The notes below the pieces were generated by a model. It saw only the letters and a list, made by a program, of their open reading frames with translations. It ran no database searches and was not told the origin of the DNA. Shown here in pieces: positions 42,686 to 48,654 of a stretch of 51,154 nt of DNA. The number at the start of each line of letters is the position of its first letter. The first letter of the stretch is position 1. Position numbers and translations under genes: made by a program. Origin of the DNA: a virus; the IMG/VR virus record IMGVR_UViG_3300018946_000001, positions 1-51,154 of that record; one strand, given 5' to 3'.

Positions 42686-42726
42686 CATTTCTGTAAAACA
42701 TCTTGGTTGAGAGCAAGGAACGTATT

Positions 42727-43302
42727 ATGGCTCAGTTTTATGTGTATGTTCTTAGCGGCCCTGACGGTGAGCCTTTCTACATAGGAAAGGGAAAGGGCGG
42801 CAGGGTAGACGATCACGAGAAAGAAGCAAAACGAAACTGCCAGTGCCAGAAATGCACAGTCATTCGTGATATGTGGCACAGGGGCGAGCAGGTAGGTAAA
42901 GCTGTTGTCTTTGAGACAGAAGATGAGCAAGCAGCCTTTACTTATGAGCGCAACCTGATTGCTCATCATGGCCGTAACAATCTTTGCAATCAAACAAATG
43001 GCGGTGCAGGTGTATCGGGATATGTACGTCGTGCTAGGAAGACAGAGGCCGATGTTCGTGCTACTCCTGAAGCCGTAGAGCTGCTGAATAAGGCGCTCGC
43101 AATGTATTGTGCCAAACACAATCTTACACTAAGTGAGATCGCAGAGCGTTTCAATGTCAATGTGTCAACGCTCTGGCGTGCGCGAAAAGGCAACATGGGC
43201 ACGGGGCTAAACGCTGTGCTTTCGATTGTTGCCGATGTCTGCCCCTGTCCCCTCGGCCCTCCCACTGATACAGATCCAGCCCCCGACACCACAACTACCT
43301 AA
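42727..43302 (+). CDS. GIY-YIG homing-endonuclease-like protein with a C-terminal HTH
   Basis: FYVYVL...PFYIGKGKGGRVDDH...YERNLI...LCNQTNGG. C-terminal LTLSEIAERFNVNVSTLWRARKG. Confidence 0.8.
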   Translation: MAQFYVYVLSGPDGEPFYIGKGKGGRVDDHEKEAKRNCQCQKCTVIRDMWHRGEQVGKAVVFETEDEQAAFTYERNLIAHHGRNNLCNQTNGGAGVSGYVRRARKTEADVRATPEAVELLNKALAMYCAKHNLTLSEIAERFNVNVSTLWRARKGNMGTGLNAVLSIVADVCPCPLGPPTDTDPAPDTTTT

Positions 43303-43320
43303 TCACCAGGAGGCATTGCT

Positions 43321-43713
43321 ATGGCTATCACCACTGTATCCATCGATCCCGTTGCGCTCGAAGCGGCCTACGCTGCGGCACTCGGCAAGATCCCCGCCAC
43401 GGAGAAGCGCTGGGTCAAAGCGGTACAGAACGCCTACGAGGATCTAGCGGCCATTAGCGAGTGTGGTTTGTGGGTGGAGTTCAGCGGCGATGCGATGCTA
43501 GTGCCAAGCAGTGACCCGAAGAAGCACGGGGTTGTGTATCGGGTGACGACGGAGTGCCAATGTGAGGCGGCGAGCAATGGCAAACCTTGTAGGCATGTGT
43601 GCAGGGCCCGACTTGTGAAGCGCATGCAGGAGATCCAAGCGGCGCGGGCAATGCCGGTGGTACGTAACTTCAGCGCTGAAGAGGTCTATGAGCGGGTGAA
43701 CGCCTTATTTTAA
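43321..43713 (+). CDS. SWIM zinc-finger protein
   Basis: AGGAGG RBS. CQCEAASNGKPCRHVC fits the CxCxnCxH pattern. Confidence 0.55.
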   Translation: MAITTVSIDPVALEAAYAAALGKIPATEKRWVKAVQNAYEDLAAISECGLWVEFSGDAMLVPSSDPKKHGVVYRVTTECQCEAASNGKPCRHVCRARLVKRMQEIQAARAMPVVRNFSAEEVYERVNALF

Positions 43714-44103
43714 CGTTCTAACTTATTTTACCAGACAAAGTAATAATCTCCAAGTGGCAACAAGGGGGTGATGTAGTGGAGAAAAAGACCAGAGAGCCAT
43801 CGTTGGCCTCGGTGCTGTTCTCGGCAGCATCGACGCGAGCGGCGGTCTGGGTGGCCCGGCGACTCGACTGTACATGTTTCGCAAGCTGACCGAGCAACAG
43901 AAGGGGGAACAATCAACACGATAGTTGACTGCGTAACACCAACTATCACCCGTGTACTTCCTAAGAACGTTGACTAACGCGGGGCGGTTGGCTATCCCGC
44001 CCCGCACTATTACGAAAGCGAGATCAGATGACCTACGCAGACGCAGTACACCAGCTCTCACACCGCCTCTATCACGCACTGGACGCAAGGACCGCCGCCA
44101 TGA

Positions 44104-44319
44104 TTGATGATGATTGATGAGTTGTTACTGGCAATCGAGATAGCCGAGGACGCACTTGCCGACGTGCCAACGGCAGCGGTTGCGCTGGAGTTGGCGCAGC
44201 AGGTGCGGCCACAGGCATTGGAGTATGCCGAAGAGTACGACTGCCACGCGGCGATAGCACAGCGCTACGCGATGGCCCGGCCGGTGATCAGTGGACACAA
44301 CGAAGCCGCGCAACGGTAA
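44104..44319 (+). CDS. Hypothetical protein
   Basis: 71-aa ORF (TTG/ATG starts at 44104-44112). A 29-codon ORF (44028-44117) overlaps its start. Confidence 0.4.
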   Translation: MMMIDELLLAIEIAEDALADVPTAAVALELAQQVRPQALEYAEEYDCHAAIAQRYAMARPVISGHNEAAQR

Positions 44320-44360
44320 GGTCGTTGAACGGCTTAAGAAAGAACAGGAGTGATACGGGT

Positions 44361-44684
44361 ATGGTAGCACAGAATAGCGAAACAGACAAGCACACGCCGG
44401 GGCCGTGGGAGGTCGTGACATACACAGGATGGAAGATCAATCTAGAGCGGGGTGATTGGGCTGGGGAGATCCGTGCTGAAAACGGCGAAAAGATATACTA
44501 CGGAGCTGCTAGTTTTAATGCCGTCCCTAAACTCGCTAACGCCCGCCTCATCGCTGCTTCGCCTGACTTGCTGGAAGCCTGCCAATTTGCCGCTGATGCC
44601 ATTTTTCACGGCAACTTTACAGAGGAAGCCATGCACCGGTGTTTTGCCGCCATCGCCAAAGCACGCGGCGAGGTGCAGTCATGA
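44361..44684 (+). CDS. Conserved-looking phage hypothetical protein (HTPGPW ... NARLIAASPDLLEA family)
   Basis: AGGAG upstream. Motifs are recurrent in phage early regions. Confidence 0.55.
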   Translation: MVAQNSETDKHTPGPWEVVTYTGWKINLERGDWAGEIRAENGEKIYYGAASFNAVPKLANARLIAASPDLLEACQFAADAIFHGNFTEEAMHRCFAAIAKARGEVQS

Positions 44685-44974
44685 CACTCCTCGACACCCT
44701 GCCAACCGCTCTCCGCCGCGCCATCGATGCGGGCGCTATTGACCACAGCGAAGCCGGTGCGCTCCACCAGCGCTACGACCTGCTGCTGGCTCGCCTGACG
44801 TGGCCGCAGTGCTCGCACGGCCGACGCTGCGCCGCGTTGCTCAACGGCGTGGGCGTCTGTTCGGACTGCATCAGTGAGGCGGGGGCATTCGGCTACCGCA
44901 ACCAGCTCGCGGCGGCGCAGGAGGCCGCACAGGGGCGCAGGAAGCGGTTGGCAGAGAGGAAGGTGGGGCAATGA
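44681..44974 (+). CDS. Hypothetical protein
   Basis: ATGA overlap at both ends. Confidence 0.5.
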   Translation: MTLLDTLPTALRRAIDAGAIDHSEAGALHQRYDLLLARLTWPQCSHGRRCAALLNGVGVCSDCISEAGAFGYRNQLAAAQEAAQGRRKRLAERKVGQ

Positions 44975-45315
44975 ACCCAGAGATTAAAGCAGCGTGGGTG
45001 GCGGCGCTTCGGAGTGGTGAGTACAGCCAGGGGCGAGGCCGCTTGCGTAACGATCACGCCTTTTGCTGTTTGGGTGTGTTGTGTGATCTACATCGTAAGG
45101 CAGGGTTGGGCGAGTGGAGAAACACGGTCTATGTTCCTTTTGGTGACATACCGGAATCCATGCAATTGCCAAGCGCAGTTGATAGATGGGCAGGCATCAC
45201 AAACGACCGCATCACACGGGGCGTCTTGCCTGCGTATAACGACGGTGATATTGACAACCAAATAGGTGAGCATTCCTTCGGCCAGATTGCTGACTATATC
45301 GAGCAACACTTATAG
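44971..45315 (+). CDS. Hypothetical protein, paralogue of 12601-12978
   Basis: LRSGEYSQGRGRLRN..FCCLGVLCD...LPSAVDRWAGI...NDGD...SFGQIADYIE. Confidence 0.55.
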   Translation: MNPEIKAAWVAALRSGEYSQGRGRLRNDHAFCCLGVLCDLHRKAGLGEWRNTVYVPFGDIPESMQLPSAVDRWAGITNDRITRGVLPAYNDGDIDNQIGEHSFGQIADYIEQHL

Positions 45316-45329
45316 CACCAGCCCGCCGA

Positions 45330-45362
45330 CGCCCCGCCGATACACTGAAACGCGGCGGGGCG
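45330..45362 (+). terminator. GC-rich hairpin
   Basis: CGCCCCGCCG, 13 nt, CGGCGGGGCG. No U-tract. Confidence 0.4.
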
Positions 45363-45384
45363 CAGCGAAGAACGAGGAAGCGCG

Positions 45385-45915
45385 ATGACCACATTACTAC
45401 CAAGCCGACTTGATCTCGGCATAGATGATCCGTATCTGATGGATGCGGGTGCGGCAACAGACGGGTGGTATACCCCTGCAACGCTGATCGGGCTGGCGCA
45501 TCTTCTCTTAGGCGCTATTGACCTTGACCCGGCATCGTGCCAAGCAGCACAAGCAGTGGTAAAAGCCAAGCGCTACCACACTAAAGCTGACGACGGGCTT
45601 ATGCAGCCGTGGACGGGGCGAGTATGGCTGAACCCGCCATACTCAGCGCCGACCGTCTGGGTACGTAAGGTTCTAACACATTACCAGAGCGGCGACATTA
45701 GCCAGGCGCTTGTACTCACCAACAGTTACACCGAGACAAACTGGTGGCAGGATCTCGCCGCTGTCGGCATGGTGTTGTTCTTCCGTGGACGCCAAGAGTT
45801 TTGGCATCCTGAAAAAGTAGGTGGACGCAATCGCACGGGGCAAACACTTGTCTATCTCGGCAAAGAGCAAGCACTATTCCGATCTATCTTCGGTCACTTG
45901 GGCGTCGTTCGATAG
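45385..45915 (+). CDS. dam: Phage Dam-family DNA N6-adenine methyltransferase
   Basis: WYTPATLI...IDLDPAS...GRVWLNPPYS...LVLTNSYTETNWW...FFRGRQEF. NPPY catalytic motif. Confidence 0.75.
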   Translation: MTTLLPSRLDLGIDDPYLMDAGAATDGWYTPATLIGLAHLLLGAIDLDPASCQAAQAVVKAKRYHTKADDGLMQPWTGRVWLNPPYSAPTVWVRKVLTHYQSGDISQALVLTNSYTETNWWQDLAAVGMVLFFRGRQEFWHPEKVGGRNRTGQTLVYLGKEQALFRSIFGHLGVVR

Positions 45916-45994
45916 CCTAGCACACAGCGCCGCTCCTTGGAGTCAGGGGCGGCGAGGATAGCCCAATGACCGCAGCGACCGCCACAGCCGCAAC

Positions 45995-46022
45995 CAAAAG
46001 CCCCCGCCGAATTGGCAGGGGC
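45995..46022 (-). terminator. Terminator for minus-strand gene 46050-46325
   Basis: AGCCCC...GGGGCT stem, followed on the minus strand by TTTTGG. Confidence 0.45.
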
Positions 46023-46049
46023 TGCGAGGCGTGTGCGAGGGGCGGCGGG

Positions 46050-46325
46050 TTAGGCCATTTGCAAGAGATCGACACGCTGCAACTGTTCAGCGGTCAAGGT
46101 TGCGTGATATTTCTCACTAAACGGCTCAATATAGGTGTACCGATAGTGCGAAGGACGGGGCCGCTCTCGCCCGCTGTCACCACTGAACTGCTGTCCATTC
46201 ATCAACGTTACGACTTGCCCAGAGGCCGTAACGCTACCAATGCGTCCCGTGCCGAGGTATTCACTTTTTTTCAGGTGATCGTACTGAACCAACACGACTT
46301 TCATGCCGACTGTAAATCTACTCAT
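46050..46325 (-). CDS. Hypothetical protein
   Basis: 91 aa, protein-like. Second gene of a minus-strand pair. Confidence 0.5.
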   Translation of the reverse strand: MSRFTVGMKVVLVQYDHLKKSEYLGTGRIGSVTASGQVVTLMNGQQFSGDSGRERPRPSHYRYTYIEPFSEKYHATLTAEQLQRVDLLQMA

Positions 46326-46349
46326 AGCAATACTCCTTGCTGGCGCGGG

Positions 46350-46616
46350 TTAGGCTGCTATTCGCTGGTCAGGCTCATCTTCGTTTACCAAGTCGCCTAC
46401 AGATACACCAATCACTTTAGCAATAATGCGAAGCAAGGTAATGTCAACCAGTTTGATCGGCTCTCCAGATGCAAGCCCGTTCTTCGTACTGTACCAATAG
46501 CGGCGCAGTGTACCCAGCGGGATAGCACGACCCCCACGTATGACCGCCTCTTGCAGAGCCGACAGCGTGGGCAGCCCGTGGGCTTTGGCTTGTTCCTGAA
46601 CTCGCAAGCGCGTCAT
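46350..46616 (-). CDS. HTH DNA-binding regulator (second repressor-like gene)
   Basis: GAGGGAGG RBS 5 nt before the ATG at 46616. AKAHGLPTLSALQEAV...LLRIIAKVIGVSVGDLV. Confidence 0.55.
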   Translation of the reverse strand: MTRLRVQEQAKAHGLPTLSALQEAVIRGGRAIPLGTLRRYWYSTKNGLASGEPIKLVDITLLRIIAKVIGVSVGDLVNEDEPDQRIAA

Positions 46617-46637
46617 ATATGCCTCCCTCAAAGAATA

Positions 46638-46653
46638 ATACAGAACTCTGTAT
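46638..46653. promoter_or_regulatory. Palindromic operator ATACAGA-AC-TCTGTAT
   Basis: 7-bp arms. The 9-mer ACTCTGTAT is repeated at 46725-46733, overlapping the + promoter -10. Confidence 0.55.
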
Positions 46654-46698
46654 GTAGACTATATCACAAGAATACCCTTCAGTCAATATACTATACTC

Positions 46699-46727
46699 TT
46701 GACAAGCCACAGTCAGTATGCTATACT
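46699..46727 (+). promoter_or_regulatory. Promoter of the replication operon
   Basis: TTGACA, 17 nt, TATACT. Confidence 0.6.
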
Positions 46728-46805
46728 CTGTATATAGCAAACAACGCAGCGCCCGCCGGGGTCCAGCCGACGAGCGCCACTAGCCACCAGGAAGGTATCA
46801 TCTTC

Positions 46806-47378
46806 ATGGCAACCACTTCGCAGTTTACCACAACCACCCCCGCCTTCGTCAAGACTGTCACCTACGACCGTGGCGACTACCGCGCCGAACTGAACGGCGA
46901 GATCAAGGGCTTCTACCGCAGCGAGACCGCCGCACTGAGCGCCCTTAATGACCTCGTATATGACCTGCTGGATGAGCAGGTTCTTGATGCTGCCCAGTGT
47001 GCTGATGACGAAGCTGACTACATCGAAGCCATCGCTGATGTCGTCGGCTGCACTCCTGAGCAGGTCGCTGACGTGCTGGCGTTCGAGGCGACCCAGCCAG
47101 CCATCGACAACGAGATGGCAGTGTGGTTGCATAACGATACGAATGATTGGTCTGTGCGCGTACTCGCCCCCACTACCGACGATGCGGCCGACGCCGACGC
47201 AGCCACCATCACCTACGAGATTGACCTGAACTGCACCACTGGCTTCTACGAGGCCACTACCCCTGATGGCGTGGTGATTGGCCGAGGCCAGTGCTACAGC
47301 GATGCCGACCGCGATGCGCTTCTGAGCATCACGGCTATTCGTGCTGAGTTGGGTTATCCGAAAGTTGAGGCAGCGTGA
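46806..47378 (+). CDS. Strongly acidic hypothetical protein
   Basis: AGGAAGG RBS. Very D/E-rich with few K/R. The 5' 280 codons of the 470-aa track ORF are antisense to better genes. Confidence 0.55.
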   Translation: MATTSQFTTTTPAFVKTVTYDRGDYRAELNGEIKGFYRSETAALSALNDLVYDLLDEQVLDAAQCADDEADYIEAIADVVGCTPEQVADVLAFEATQPAIDNEMAVWLHNDTNDWSVRVLAPTTDDAADADAATITYEIDLNCTTGFYEATTPDGVVIGRGQCYSDADRDALLSITAIRAELGYPKVEAA

Positions 47379-47608
47379 TGAGTAACCTACGAAACGCGAT
47401 CATCTATGCACGAGAGCAGATAGTTCGTAAACTCGGTTTTGTCCCTCAGTTCGCAGATCACAATGCGCCTAATGCCAATTTGATGGCAATTGCTGAAGAG
47501 ATCGCAGATTGGACACATGACAACGGCTTCAAAGCTATCTGGAACGAACTGATCGACGTGATAGATGACGAGAAGATAGCAACGCACGAAGACGAAGGGA
47601 GCTACTAA
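47378..47608 (+). CDS. Acidic hypothetical protein
   Basis: GAGG 7 nt upstream. TGATG overlap. Confidence 0.5.
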   Translation: MSNLRNAIIYAREQIVRKLGFVPQFADHNAPNANLMAIAEEIADWTHDNGFKAIWNELIDVIDDEKIATHEDEGSY

Positions 47609-47715
47609 TGTACTGCCCCTCCTGTGGTTGTGTATCCGGCGGCGGGCTCTGCGCCGATTGCGCCGTCAGTGGCCCGATCCGGCGGCGAACGAAGAAGACG
47701 AAGACAACCAAGTGA
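47608..47715 (+). CDS. 35-aa zinc-ribbon peptide (below the track cutoff)
   Basis: AAGGGAG RBS. TAATG overlap. MYCPSCGCVSGGGLCADCAVSGPIRRRTKKTKTTK. Confidence 0.35.
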   Translation: MYCPSCGCVSGGGLCADCAVSGPIRRRTKKTKTTK

Positions 47716-47768
47716 CCTCGCCCAAACGTGGGCACCAATATACCGCATAGCACAGAAAGCACAGCACC

Positions 47769-48590
47769 ATGACCGACTTCATGACCGACGCACAAGGCTA
47801 CACGACGACCTACACCGAGACAGGACACCAGAGCGACGGACTGCTACGCATCCAGTGGCGCAACGGCTCGCCACAGGCGCAGACCCCCGGCCACTTCTTT
47901 GTCGAGGCCGACCGGCTGGAGGGGCTAGGGCTCTCTGCGCCGACCGCGCCTTGGGTGGCCTTCGACGCCATCTTTGCCAGTGGCGACAGCAAGAGCGGCT
48001 ATCGTTGCGATGCCGCCAAACTCCAGATCATCGGTGTGCGCCAGCAGGACGCCATCAAGAATGCTGAGAACCGCATTGAGACATACCTAACTGAGCGCAC
48101 ACAAAAGGGCAACCGGCCGCAGGGCTGGACGGTGGTGGTTGAGCTGCTGTGTGGCATCGAGGGCTTTGATCAGCCGGTGGTCGTTAAAAGCAACGGTATC
48201 AAAACCTCAATGGCCCTGGTGATCGATGTATACGGCGGGATGCGAACGCTCCGCAAAGAGGCCAGCAAATTAACCGGGAACTCGCTGCCGCCGTGGTTCT
48301 TCTTCGCCCCGGTACGTTGCGGGCGCGATGACAAGAATAAGGTTATCTACGAGAAGACCCAGGGCGCGATGGTCACGCCTCCGCGCCTGGTGCTGCCGAA
48401 CGATAAGACGGGCCGCGACCTGTTCAACAGTTTGTATGTCGGCAAAGAGCTGGTGCAGTGGGGCGAAGCGGTCTACACCGAGCGTAAGGATTGGCTCTTG
48501 GAGCCAATCGGCAGCACTGAGGCCATGCCGACAACGAACGGGCGCAACGTGCCGCAGCCCATTGATGAGATGGTTGATCTTCCGTTCTAG
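47769..48590 (+). CDS. Replication-module protein ending in an SSB-like acidic DLPF tip (candidate ssDNA-binding/annealing protein)
   Basis: 273 aa. C-terminus PIDEMVDLPF. Located directly upstream of the primase-helicase gene. Confidence 0.55.
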   Translation: MTDFMTDAQGYTTTYTETGHQSDGLLRIQWRNGSPQAQTPGHFFVEADRLEGLGLSAPTAPWVAFDAIFASGDSKSGYRCDAAKLQIIGVRQQDAIKNAENRIETYLTERTQKGNRPQGWTVVVELLCGIEGFDQPVVVKSNGIKTSMALVIDVYGGMRTLRKEASKLTGNSLPPWFFFAPVRCGRDDKNKVIYEKTQGAMVTPPRLVLPNDKTGRDLFNSLYVGKELVQWGEAVYTERKDWLLEPIGSTEAMPTTNGRNVPQPIDEMVDLPF

Positions 48591-48604
48591 CAATTACGCG
48601 ACGT

Positions 48605-48637
48605 GCATAGCCCGCTCCCTAGCGGGCTATGCCTTTT
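48605..48637 (+). terminator. Rho-independent terminator
   Basis: GCATAGCCCGCT, 4-nt loop, AGCGGGCTATGC, then CTTTT. Confidence 0.75.
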
Positions 48638-48654
48638 AGAAATAAGGTGTGTGT

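Noticed and set aside
42520-43119. 199-aa minus-strand ORF.
   Set aside because: It is antisense to the GIY-YIG gene, whose catalytic motifs are unambiguous. The long open frame is explained by the AT-richer sequence.
45966-46805. The 5' 280 codons of the 470-aa + ORF 45966-47378.
   Set aside because: The translation is R/C/H-rich junk and is antisense to two better minus-strand genes (46050-46325 and 46350-46616, with an HTH and an RBS). It also runs through a promoter/operator region. Only the part from the ATG at 46806, which has an RBS, looks coding.
47624-48067. 147-aa R-rich + ORF.
   Set aside because: It is an out-of-frame shadow of 47769-48590 and of the 35-aa zinc-ribbon ORF. It has no RBS and an implausible composition.
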